From: Ginkgo biloba
Lineage: Eukaryota > Plantae > Ginkgophyta
Reading direction: 5' to 3'
NCBI GenBank assembly: GCA_024626585.2
Contig: JANKJI020000002.1
Location: 204,313,369 to 204,340,085, forward strand
DNA: 26,717 nt
In this document: positions 11,542 to 22,948 of the stretch, one piece after another
Position numbering within the stretch: position 1 is the first letter of the stretch
Layout of the letters: each line of letters starts with the position of its first letter
Position numbers and translations under genes: made by a program
The notes under the pieces: generated by a model
The model's database searches: none
What the model saw: the letters and a program-made list of their open reading frames with translations, nothing else
Told to the model about the DNA's origin: nothing

Positions 11542-11707
11542 GTATGTAAAAATGTAAAAAAATGCACTTCACGGGAAGCATGGAAAAGTATTTACAATGG
11601 TTCAGTTTGGTATATTATTAATACTGGGGCATTTGTTACTGCATATTATTGTCTTTAAAATTTTATGGCTGATTGTTTTCAGTATTGTCATCTCTATTTT
11701 GTAACAG

Positions 11708-11845
11708 GCTTGCAAATTTACCTCCTGACATAGGAATGTTGACTTCCCTGAAGCAGCTACATCTTGCACATAATAAACTGATGAACATGCCACAGGAGAT
11801 TGGACATTTGACACAACTTGAAATTTTAAGGATGAGCAATAACTC
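11708..11845 (+). CDS. Internal exon of an intracellular LRR protein (two 23-aa LRRs); resembles plant LRR plus ubiquitin-like domain proteins (At2g30105-like, from recall)
   Basis: Acceptor ttttgtaacAG and donor GTAAG; 138 nt, phase 2-2, no stops; translates LANLPPDIGMLTSLKQLHLAHNKLMNMPQEIGHLTQLEILRMSNN (LxxLPxxIGxLxxLxxLxLxxN twice). Missed by the ORF track. Confidence 0.85.
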
Positions 11846-12269
11846 GTAAGTCACGATATTATTGTGGTGTTTTTGTTCCACACTTTTAACATGCACATAT
11901 GTTCGCAGGTGTGTTCCTTTGTGTTTGAGATCNNNNNNNNNNNNNNNNNNNNNNNNNNNNNNAAAATGACTTGTAAATTTTCTTATGCTTTCAACTTGAG
12001 AAGAAATTAAGCATGAAAACTACTTACGATATCTAAAAAACACAAAAGATAAATCAATGGGTCCTGGAAGTGAATGTGATTTATCATCAACATCAGTAAT
12101 GGAGTGTGCAACCACTTCCATTTACAAGCATTGTGGCTTAGTAATTCTCAATTCCATGTTAATTCCTAANNNNNNNNNNNNNNNNNNNNNNNNNNNNNNN
12201 NNNNNNNNNNNNNNNNNNNNNNNNNNNNNNNNNNNNNNNNNNNNNNNNNNNNNNNNNNNNNNNNNNNNN

Positions 12270-12472
12270 GATGTACAAGAAGTTGAATAAGAGGTGCATG
12301 ATCCAATAGTTGTTTTGGATGAGAGAACAAGAAGGCTACAAAATAGAGATATCATAGAATTTCTGGTGGAATGGTCAATGAAGACTATTGAAGAATCTAC
12401 TTGGGAATTAGTAATTTTTGTCAAAGAGATAGGTCTCATTAAGGGCAATGATCTCCAAAGTGCAAGAAGAGA
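12270..12472 (+). mobile_element. Chromodomain end of Ty3/gypsy pol (chromovirus copy 2) with purine-rich PPT-like tract
   Basis: EVHDPIVVLDERTRRLQNRDIIEFLVEWSMKTIEESTWE (chromodomain FLV.W...ESTWE); overlaps in homology with 7655-7731; AAGAAGAGA precedes TGTTAGAG. Confidence 0.88.
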
Positions 12473-13211
12473 TGTTAGAGCCCAACAAAGCAAAGTGAGT
12501 GTTATCTCAAAGAGTGAAAGAGGGTAAATTTAATAGTGAAGCTAGCATTTGTGTATTGTAGCTGTTGGTTAAAACATTGAAGGAGATGATTAGTAGAGAG
12601 AGAAAAAGTGGAAAAGAAGGGCCTTAGCTTTTAGCCAATGTAGGGTGCCTCTAATAGGATAGTGACATGTGTCTTTGGGGCATTGTAGAATTTTTTTTGG
12701 GAGTAGGGCATCACCAAGGACAAGTCCAGTTTTTTTGTAGGAGGTTGTGCCTAAACTCTTTTACATATATATAGAGAGAGGGAGAGAGATTGTAAAGGGA
12801 TTGAGAAACTCTTTCTTCATGATTTAGATCATCTCGCTGGGGTGCTTGGATTCCTACTATCTTTCTCTACATTCTAGTCAAGTTTTTGGCTACACAGTTG
12901 AGTGCAATACCCTGTAACAAATTTTTGCATACTGGNNNNNNNNNNNNNNNNNNNNNNNNNNNNNNNNNNNNNNNNNNNTACACTTGAGCACTAGAACACA
13001 ATCATTTGTATAGGGCATCTCATTCTGGAGCTTTCTTCTAGACAAAGGTAATCTTTGAAGGCTATAGAAGACCCTAGTGGGTGATGTAAGTATTCTGGGA
13101 GGGTTGTGTGGTAGTTTTAAGCACAACAGAACCTAGTTTATCATTTCTAAGTAGGGTGCTTCCATTCTAGACTATGGAGTGAGACACTTTCTTCCACAAA
13201 GACTTTCTACA
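12473..13211 (+). mobile_element. Putative LTR following chromovirus copy 2
   Basis: Starts TGTTAGAG after the PPT-like tract, has TATATATA near 12766, and plausibly ends TTTCTACA. The right end is uncertain. Confidence 0.55.
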
Positions 13212-14234
13212 TCATTAGTTGGAGCCTTTCATCTAGGTAAGTGTTCAATTTATAAGTATCTTAATAAACCCAAGATTTCTAAAATTTTTAGGTAAATTAC
13301 CCTAAATTGTCTAAATTTTGTTTGTAGAAATTAATATAAATAGTATAAACCTAAATTTTGTTTTCTATTCAAATATATTATTATAAACTGTTGAAAACCC
13401 TAGATTATGGAAAAAAACTCATATAGAATAAGGCGACTCCATCTAAGGGGTCTAAATGCTACAATTGTGAGTATTTAATATTTCTATGGCATTAGATAAA
13501 TTAATTTGACATAAGAAATTATTCCTTTGTATTTTATGCAAACATTTTACGTACTTAAACTGTAAAAACCCTACAGATCAATCTAGGGTAACATGACATT
13601 AGTTGGTAACCTACTAGGGGATTGATGTGTCCTACTATGGATGTTTCTATATGATTATTCTTTAGCCCTATGCATGCATCTTTTATGGGCTAGCTTGGAG
13701 TGGATTGAAAGATACCTAGTGGTGGGTTGAGTTTTTGTTGTTATTTAGCCTCATGATGATTGACTTCGTCGATTGTTAGTGCGGCCATAGAGTTTGTTGA
13801 CCATGCTGGTGTATTTCTAGTTCTAGGGCTATTTTTGTAGCCATANNNNNNNNNNNNNNNNNNNNNNNNNNNNNNNNNNNNNNNNNNNNNNNNNNNNNNN
13901 NNNNNNNNNNNNNNNNNNNNNNNNNNNNNNNNNNNNNNNNNNNNNACTCAATCTACAGCATGCAGGCTAGATTTGCTAATTAACCCAGCCAAATTAAAAC
14001 AAACATTTGGTTCCCTTGCCTCAAATCAAAAACTTAAGGGTCACTTCTGTAGAAGTGACAAGGCACAGAGTTAGTACGCTAGCCAAAACTCCAATAATCC
14101 TGATTATAGCAGTTATGGCAAGGTCTTGCTAAACCACTGGGGAGCCAGGGATCTTCAAAAGTGATATTAAGTGTAATAAAACCTCTTGCTGATCCTACAG
14201 CCAAGCATAGGGAGCAACGGGAGCAACTTAAGAA

Positions 14235-14276
14235 TGTCAGTATGCCAAGGAAAGTGGTCACTACATGACAAATTGA
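14235..14276 (+). mobile_element. Decayed gag CCHC zinc knuckle
   Basis: C-Q-Y-A-K-E-S-G-H-Y-M-T-N-* has CX2CX4HX4C spacing with GH; two cysteines lost, the last as TGA. Confidence 0.5.
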
Positions 14277-14999
14277 CAAGGGTGAAAGCTCAGTGGCCAA
14301 TAATGGCACAAGTAGTAGCAAGGCGGAACTTATATTGTAAGTAGAAACTATGTACAAGGAGATGCCTGTGAAACTGGACCTCTATACAGTGAGAATCCTA
14401 AGCTCATTTTTTTACAACTCCTATCCTTCTAAGCACAAAAAGCTATTAGTGTGCTTCTCTTGGCAGTACATAATCACTGGATCACATAACTTTGATTAAA
14501 AACAACTGTGTATATTACTATTCAGCTCCAATGAAAAATCCCTTCTACCCGCTATCATCTGAAGTAGAGACTTGTGCTTCTCTTGATGCTTCACAAATAG
14601 TGGAGTGCGCAGTACTGAGTAGGACTTAATAAAGAAATCTTGCGAGTTGGAATAGAAATCAAGTACTAAGACAAGATAGAAGAATCTTTACGATCATGGT
14701 TAATACATTTCCTTTTCTTTCCCAAAAATCTTATCCTGGCCAATTACAAGGAACATCAATCTGAGTATATAGAAGATGGGCATGCCAGTAGAGGAGAATG
14801 ATGACACCTCTACAAATCATACATCATAAATCTTGAAATATGAAGTCAGATGTTAGAGTTGAACAATAATCTCCCTCTGGTTCAGGATTCAAAGCCCTAT
14901 CCTTGACTAAACAACTTCCACTAGTTGCCTTTATTGTGGTGACAGCGCATGACTTTGTCCAAATGGCTACTCTTTTAAGCATCTTCACTTCTTGTTGCC

Positions 15000-16050
15000 A
15001 GTAAGATCGTCGAAGAAGGCATGCCCATCCTTTTCCTTATATTTCCTCAAACATGCTGTAGGATAATGTCTACAAACTGAAATCCTAGGCGCCACATTTC
15101 TGAGCCATCACTATATTTCCAACAATTCCTTTTCCATAATTGGCTTAAGATTTTGTTGTGTTCTTTGCCTTGCTTCAAGTCCCTACTACAAAGGAGTCTT
15201 CTCCTTTAGTTGGTTTTGTGTGCATGAATTGACTCACTATGTGTTTATTCTAGGATAACATTTGTGATTGTGACCTTTAGGTCGACACCACTTACATAAT
15301 TTGGCATGTTCTTGGGTCTATTGTGAACAATGTTCTCATTCTTGACATTTAACATTGCATGATTGAACATTGTAACAAATTAGAATTGACTATCATCCCC
15401 TAAGAATCTTGATTCTATCTTTGGTTTTGATTGGAATGACAGGTTGTTTAGCCATTACCTTTTCTCCTGTTTCCTGCGTTGGGTTACAAAGCTAGGGATT
15501 TATCATTTGCAAAATAGGCTTGAGCATCTTGCATTTTTCGTTTCTACTTCACATTATTATTACACTCATTAGAACTATAAATCTTGACTTCACAAATATC
15601 ATAGTATTTACTTGGCTTAGGAAATTCACTCTCTAGATGACCTTCAACTTTACATTTAGTGCACTTGATTTCTTTTTGCTCCTTATTTAGAGAACACGAC
15701 AACATCATCCTCATCATATCTTCTTGGAAGGTTACAATTGAAGACTGCTACTTGTCTTCCTCTATGCTTGGAGACTTTCCTTGACAACATTCTATTCTTT
15801 CCTCAGTTCAAGATTTAGGGTTTGATTGATAGCTTTGTCATAAGAAGTGGGTTGAAGAACCCTCATCTTTTGCTTATACTTAACCAAAACAGGCACTTCA
15901 TGGACCATCACCGCTTCAAACCTTTAGTCACTTAGGATGCCATCCTTTTTGTCAATGCTTCAAGTCGACAATGATAATGCAAAAAAATTAACCTCACTCT
16001 TTCTTTAAATAGGTCCTCGACATCAATGTTGGGCATTGGTTCTTGGGGTT
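15000..16050 (-). mobile_element. Degenerate LTR-retrotransposon gag with four zinc knuckles
   Basis: Minus strand: LTKRMAS*VTKGLKR*WSMKCL, KQKMRVLQPTSYDKAINQTLNLE, FQEDMMRMM, then CTKCKVEGHLESEF, YDICEVKIYSSNEC, a frameshifted third knuckle, and CKWCRPKGHNHKCY. Ends are approximate and it may extend to about 16900. Confidence 0.75.
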
Positions 16051-18129
16051 TACCTTCCTATATTATAATATCTTGGACGACTTGGCCCTCAATGTTTCAA
16101 ACAACATGCTCCTTCCATCATCCTTCTACCTCATGTTGTTTGGCAATATGCACAAGCCTCCCTATAGGAATCAAAAGTCCTACCTTTATTTTCGTTGAGG
16201 ATTTATTGATGATCTGTTTTCAAAATTGTTGCCATGATCTTTGGGAGAAGGACAAGGATGTCTTCAATATGAATGGAAATTATACAGTGTTGTAGCAAAA
16301 ATTTCCATTGTCTTTAGATGACATTTTAATAATCCCATTAAATCTAGATTTGCTACAACAAATTAGGCAACACTTCGTCATTTGCAATGTCTAGAAACTA
16401 CTTGCCATGCAATTTAAAATTAATCTTGCATTTGTTCTTCACTTTGTTGGGCTTCCATTTAGACCATTATCCATCAACGTTTAAGCTCATACATCCCCTC
16501 AACAAACAATGTCAGGATGGTAGCCAGTAAATGTCTCTTCCGTGTAACGATTTGCTTTTAACTCCAATGTAGTTTGACGATTATTCTATGCTTTGGCCAA
16601 GATATAATCTTTCAAGTAGGATGCTTAACCCTCTTGACATGCTTTTCAAGTAGGATATAATCTTGCATATTGTGAACAAGTAGTCTCGTTGACATGCTCT
16701 TCATAGTAATTGGTTCTAGTCATATGCTTATAATGATTTGAGGTCACACACAATTGGCTTAAGCGCATCCTTAAACCCTTTGGTTCCTTTTATGATGCCT
16801 TAAGGCTTTACTTTTGGTTCTTAACTCACTAGTGGTGCTTGATAATGTTTCCAGTATCATTCTTTGTGGGTCGAAGGTCTTCGTTGCAACCCTAAGAGCT
16901 TGGCTTAGGCTATTGCTTTGATTTTTTTTCTAATCTTCTTGAAGATCTACATGTTGTCATAATGACTTGGGCACCCTTTATATTTTTGTCAAATTTTAAA
17001 GAAATCAGAGAGAGAAAGAAATGAAAATGATGCTCAAACCTACAAAAGAAGAAGAATTTATAAAAATAGAGCCACTAGGCCTTGTCGAGTAGTCTCCAAT
17101 GATCGGATCACCTCTGCAAGCCACAAAGATTGAATCCAAATCAAGAAGCTATAAAAAGGCAATAGATGGATGAGGAAAATGGGAGATTAACATAGGAGTG
17201 GTAGGAAAGAACTAAGTTCAGTTCTGCAATGNNNNNNNNNNNNNNNNNNNNNNNNNNNNNNNNNNNNNNNNNNNNNNNNNNNNNNNNNNNNNNNNNNNNN
17301 NNNNNNNNNNNNNNNNNNNNNNNNNNNNNNNNNNNNNNNNNNNNNNNNNNNNNNNNNNNNNNNNNNNNNNNNNNNNNNNNNNNNNNNNNNNNNNNNNNNN
17401 NNNNNNNNNNNNNNNNNNNNNNNNNNNNNNNNNNNNNNNNNNNNNNNNNNNNNNNNNNNNNNNNNNNNNNNNNNNNNNNNNNNNNNNNNNNNNNNNNNNN
17501 NNNNNNNNNNNNNNNNNNNNNNNNNNNNNNNNNNNNNNNNNNNNNNNNNNNNNNNNNNNNNNNNNNNNNNNNNNNNNNNNNNNNNNNNNNNNNNNNNNNN
17601 NNNNNNNNNNNNNNNNNNNNNNNNNNNNNNNNNNNNNNNNNNNNNNNNNNNNNNNNNNNNNNNNNNNNNNNNNNNNNNNNNNNNNNNNNNNNNNNNNNNN
17701 NNNNNNNNNNNNNNNNNNNNNNNNNNNNNNNNNNNNNNNNNNNNNNNNNNNNNNNNNNNNNNNNNNNNNNNNNNNNNNNNNNNNNNNNNNNNNNNNNNNN
17801 NNNNNNNNNNNNNNNNNNNNNNNNNNNNNNNNNNNNNNNNNNNNNNNNNNNNNNNNNNNNNNNNNNNNNNNNNNNNNNNNNNNNNNNNNNNNNNNNNNNN
17901 NNNNNNNNNNNNNNNNNNNNNNNNNNNNNNNNNNNNNNNNNNNNNNNNNNNNNNNNNNNNNNNNNNNNNNNNNNNNNNNNNNNNNNNNNNNNNNNNNNNN
18001 NNNNNNNNNNNNNNNNNNNNNNNNNNNNNNNNNNNNNNATTTGGCATTATTTTCAATCATTCTTACTGTGATTGATTATTGGGCTTAATTTGTTATCATT
18101 AGTAATTTCCTATCATGGGTCATTACAAA

Positions 18130-18141
18130 TGGTATCTGATT
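18130..18141 (+). promoter_or_regulatory. Degenerate tRNA-iMet primer binding site after an LTR end
   Basis: CATTACA-AA-TGGTATCTGATT (9/12 to TGGTATCAGAGC), followed by gag at 18208. Confidence 0.65.
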
Positions 18142-18207
18142 CTCATAATAGTCTTGCGACCTAATACCTATATGTGAGTACAAACTCGATCAAGGAGTGC
18201 AAACAAC

Positions 18208-18941
18208 ATGGCAACTATAGAGGACAAAGTCTCTCAAATGGAAGTAGATATAAGAAACTTAGATAATGGAATGTTGATAGTGATAAAAAACTTAGATACT
18301 CAAATGGCACAAGTGGAGATCATCCTAAAAGATATACAAAAGAAGATCCCCCAAAATTTTTAGTGCCTAGAGACTAGGATGCAACCAAAATCAACGAGAA
18401 GAAAGAAGACAAGCACCGCCATCAAGAGGGGGCATATTCACATAGAAATTGCAACCAAAGATACTCTCTTTTAGATATGACAGACCCTTATGGACCCATA
18501 GAGTCGAAAGAATGGATGGCTAAATTTGAAGCAATATTCATCAACACTACCACCATGTCAGATGTGGATGGGGTACGGTTTGCCCAAGCACACATGGAAG
18601 GCCAAGCATACATGTGGGCTCATAAATGGTGCAACTCACCCCTTTCTCAAGGATTCACATTTATTAATTTCAAAAATAACTTTGTTAAAAGAGCAAATCA
18701 AAATTGGGGAGACCCCTATTGCATATAACAAGCACCATTTTTCTAGTGGAATGATCAATCCAAGAATACAACAAGAAATTTGAAAGGCTAAATTGCAAAA
18801 CACAACTGCCCAAGTCTCATGTATTCGAATTCTACATCAACAACATAAGACATGAGATCAAAGCAGAAATAAGAAACCATAGACTACAATCACTAGAGCA
18901 AGCAATGAAATTTCTTGTCAAATAAACATTAGAGATTAGAT
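18208..18941 (+). mobile_element. Ty3/gypsy gag remnant (separate family)
   Basis: MATIEDKVSQME coiled-coil-like start; KEWMAKFEAIF...VRFAQAHMEGQAYMW; FYINNIRHEIKAEIRNHRLQSLEQAMK; broken by stops and frameshifts and cut by an LTR at 18942. Confidence 0.85.
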
Positions 18942-19137
18942 TGTAACGGCCCACCTCTAAACTTGCATGCTAACAATGTAAAATAAATTGCAATATTCAA
19001 GATCAAATAGAGATATACATTCATGTTCATTCACACAATGATAGACCTCAAACATAGTCATAATGAGGAATGATAGACATTTACATATATGTAGGTGTTT
19101 ATTTATGTTAATTTATGGTGCATCATGTCAGAATTAG
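18942..19137 (-). mobile_element. LTR terminus (TGTAAC-type)
   Basis: TGTAACGGCCCACCTCTAAACTTGCATGCTAACAA; shares this block and TATTTATGTTAATTTATGGT with the copy at 19752. Confidence 0.8.
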
Positions 19138-19751
19138 NNNNNNNNNNNNNNNNNNNNNNNNNNNNNNNNNNNNNNNNNNNNNNNNNNNNNNNNNNNNNNN
19201 NNNNNNNNNNNNNNNNNNNNNNNNNNNNNNNNNNNNNACTTTGAAAGAGCATAGATCACATTGTTCATGTTTGAGCACACATAATCAAGAAGCAATCAAT
19301 CCCACAGTAGAGTAGGCTTCTATTTCACTATCGTGTAGTTGTATATGCTATGTGATGCAAGTTCCATCAATGTGGAAGAAAGGGGAGCCTATAATAGTGG
19401 TATCGCAAGTTTCAATTTATGTACCAATAGAGAATAGTTGGCAACTATAAATGTTAATTGAGGAGCAAAAAATAACTATATAAATTATTAAGAGTTGGAA
19501 AAAAGAAGAATACTTGAAGATTTACCAAGGAAGAAATAATATACTTGAAAATGAATGGGCAATAAATCTAGAGAAAAGGTTTTTAGAAGGAGAGGTTGAA
19601 GAATCGAGTAATAAGAATAGGGAACACTAAAAGGAAATAAACTTCATGACAGAAATAAGTTAAGAGGAACAAAAGTGTGTCTACAAGACCAAGACGAGAC
19701 AAAAAGGACAAGAATGAAAAAAATTGTAAAGCAATAAACAATTTCGTAATT

Positions 19752-20592
19752 TGCAACAACTTACCTCTAAACTTGCATGCTAACAAAAGTAAAAAATCTA
19801 TCATGATAATACATAGATATATGTGCATATGTATCGATGCAATGATAAAGATATCAATTACAGTCACAATGAACAATAATAGACGCTCACAAGTTTGTCA
19901 GTATTTATTTATGTTAATTTATGGTAACATTATGAAGAAAGTAGGTATATGCAAAGTTTGAATTGGGAATGTTAGTACTAAGGTCAACTTGAAACAAACA
20001 ACTCTAGCCTCTACTGTTGGTTGTGGGGACTACCTATGGGGGGCTTACTATGTCAATAGCCAAATCTCCAACAAAAAAACCATGCTAAGCATCAGTGCCT
20101 AGTAGTTATGACTGATCTACTAGACTCTACCCTTAATCATTAAACTAATAAGGGTTCTAGGCACTAGGTTTGTTTCAACCTCTCTTTGGCACTGGCATTA
20201 TCCTAACAACTAGGAATGACCAACCCATTAACAATTAAAAATTTATATTAATTTCTAGTGTGATCACAAACCCTAAGGCTACAACTATATCCCTACGACC
20301 AGAGAGATGTCGATATGGTTAGCAAACCCTATGGGTACAACAATAGCCATAGAGCCAGTCATTTGGAGGCCACCCCATAAGCAACAACTCAATTCCCATA
20401 TTGGATATCTTTCAACCCATTGTCAGTTAGCCTAAAAAGTGTGCATGAATAGGGCAAATAAATATATGTATGTGTGTCCATGCAAGGAGAAATAAGATCC
20501 CCCAATAGACTCCTTGACTATCAAGCCATGTTGCCCTAGATGCCAATCTAGGATTTCTACTAAGTAGGGAAAACAACCTACATGATGCAAAA
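19752..20592 (-). mobile_element. Long LTR fragment, same family as 18942
   Basis: TGCAACAACTTACCTCTAAACTTGCATGCTAACAA terminus; internal TTTCAACCTCTCTTTGGCA shared with other copies; ends in a gap. Confidence 0.75.
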
Positions 20593-20692
20593 NNNNNNNN
20601 NNNNNNNNNNNNNNNNNNNNNNNNNNNNNNNNNNNNNNNNNNNNNNNNNNNNNNNNNNNNNNNNNNNNNNNNNNNNNNNNNNNNNNNNNNNN

Positions 20693-21940
20693 TCACTACT
20701 TTCCATATAGTTTCTCTTTCCTTAGGATGTCCAAAACCAAACAAAGATGCTCTTGATGCTCTTTCTTATGCTTGTTGAGAAATCATCATGCCATTAAGAA
20801 AAACTACCACGAACTTCCCCAAATAAGGTTTGAGGATATTGTTCATCATTTGGATGAAGGTGGTTGGTGTATTTGTTAGGCCAAAGGGCATGACTGAGTA
20901 CACATGATGGCCATCCCTAGTGGTGAATATCACCTTCCCCACATCCTTTGGATGAATCCAAATCTAATGATAGCCACTCCTTAAGTTGATCTTTGGGAAT
21001 ACTATGGCTTTCTTCATTATGTCCAAAATATCTTTGATCTTGGGAAGAGGTTACTTGTCTTTTATGGTAAATTTAAATAGGGTTTTGTAGTCCACACATA
21101 TTCTCATGGACCCATATTTTTTCTTCACTAGCGAAATAGGTGCATCATATGAAGACTTTGAGGGCCCAATGAACCCTTGTTCAAGAAATTCCTAAATCTA
21201 CTTCTCTACCTCTTTCATCTTGGCATGACTCAAATGATAGGGTAGTCGATATGTCAACCTTGATTCTTCTTCAAACTCTATCTAGTGGTCCACTTCCCAT
21301 TCTATGGGCAACCTCTTTGGAAGTTCATTGGGAAACACATCTGCATATTCTACCCACGACAGTGCCATTTGCTATGGAACTTCTTTTGTCTTTTAGTCCG
21401 CCCGTGGTACCTTTCTCACAAATAGTGCAAAAGCTTAGCTACTTGTCTTTCTAGTCACCCTTTTTAGTTGAATTGATGACATCAATGGTATCTTCCTAGA
21501 ATCTCGATCACCATACAACTCCAGCTTCTTATAATTGTGGAAATGCAAGATATGATCCGTTGATATGTCATATTGCCATGCCCACTTTTATCCTAAGATT
21601 GCATCATAACAACCAATCTTTATGATATCAAAGCCTAAATGATCCTCATACTCTTTTATGGTGATTGAGACCTTAGTCACAAACTCTTCCCATGACTGGG
21701 TCTCTTTCCCATTGGCTAATTTGACTTTATTAGCATAGTAGGCTTCTTGGGTCTTCAAATTTGCCTTTGTAGCAAACTCTTTAGATGTAATGTTATGATT
21801 ACATCTATTATGCAGCATGACAGTGGCTTTAATTCCATTTATTTTATCCTTAATGATGAGTAATTCCATGTCACTACAACTATCAAAGGGTCTCAAGTTT
21901 ACTCTTTTGAGGGAGTCTCTTCTTGGATTTTTTCTCCTTG
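20693..21940 (-). mobile_element. Ty3/gypsy pol remnant: aspartic protease and reverse transcriptase
   Basis: KINGIKATVMLHNRCNHN (decayed LDSG.THN) and YDAILG; then GFIGPSKSSYDAPISLVKKK, MRICVDYKTL, PLPKIKDILD, INLRSGYH, VMPFGLTNTPTTF, VVVFLNG (decayed FLDD). Confidence 0.95.
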
Positions 21941-21948
21941 CATACCAC

Positions 21949-22477
21949 TATAACAACCCGCTTTCCTACTCTTGCAAGTAACAACCTCAAAGAACACGCA
22001 TTAGTATTCCAAAATGCAAAACTAAGTGAGGTGAGTTTAGTCATACAACCAGAAAGAAAAATTGCGATGCTTAATGCGTACTAACTGTGCATGCAACAAC
22101 AATACATAACTAACAGTTAGTAATATTTATTTATGTTNNNNNNNNNNNNNNNNNNNNNNNNNNNNNNNNNNNNNNNNNNNNNNNNNNNNNNNNNNNNNNN
22201 NNNNNNNNNNNNNNNNNNNNNNNNNNNNNNNNNNNNNNNNNNNNNNNNNNNNNNNNNNNNNNNNNNNNNNNCATAAATGCAACAACCAACCCCTAGTAGC
22301 TATTAAAGATCCGTTGGAATCCACCCCTAAACCCCACTTGGTTAAATATGCCAAGCACAGGCAAATTAGGCCTCTTTGGCATCAGGATAACCTTAGTCAA
22401 GAGAGCTATCCACTCCTACTGATAGTTACGTGGTTTTTGGTTGAAACCATAGCTCTACACCAAGTGTTAAAATTTGT
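21949..22477 (-). mobile_element. LTR fragment (TATAACAACCC terminus) with adjacent PBS-like TGGTAT
   Basis: Terminus resembles TGTAAC; TATTTATTTATGTT block; 22273-22470 aligns by eye with 24487-24680; ATACCA at 21942-21947. Confidence 0.75.
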
Positions 22478-22579
22478 NNNNNNNNNNNNNNNNNNNNNNN
22501 NNNNNNNNNNNNNNNNNNNNNNNNNNNNNNNNNNNNNNNNNNNNNNNNNNNNNNNNNNNNNNNNNNNNNNNNNNNNNTT

Positions 22580-22948
22580 GCCAAGAGTGTTAGTCTAGTA
22601 ATCAACAAATCAAATATATCACTAAAGTCTTGGATTGTACCTATCTACCTTACAATCATTAATTGATTATATGCGTCCTCTAAATCATTTTGCAATGCAT
22701 ATATCTTTAGCATGACTTCCTTCATTTCCTCCCAGGTGGTGATCTTTAGCCTCATTCCAACATCTATCTAGGTAAGAACGCCATTCTGATACTCCTTGGT
22801 AGGTACCTTGAGTGCAAAAATCACCATTGCCACCATATGTGACTGACTTCTCAAGCAGTCATTAATTATCAATCTGAGTAAGTCTTTCATTTAAACGGTG
22901 AATGGGAGATGGAATCCACGATCCCTCACTTTAGGAGTAATACAAAGA
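22580..22948 (-). mobile_element. Ty3/gypsy gag remnant (KYAPQND family, copy 2)
   Basis: VAMVIFALKVPTKEYQNG...ITTWEEMKEVMLKIYALQNDLEDAYNQL..R*IGTIQDFSD; the probable N-terminal part lies at about 23983-24260. Confidence 0.8.

Noticed and set aside
7655-12472. 12270-12472 as the displaced continuation of the pol cut at 7731
   Set aside because: The two segments overlap in homology by about 25 codons and are diverged, so they are separate copies.
15255-15296. CxxC..GHN knuckle as a MULE transposase C-terminus
   Set aside because: No SWIM or DDE motifs upstream; the upstream sequence reads as gag.
16598-16705. Short local duplications (GATATAATCTT, TTCAAGTAGGAT, TTGACATGCT)
   Set aside because: Consistent with slippage or repair filler in decayed transposon DNA; no regular structure.
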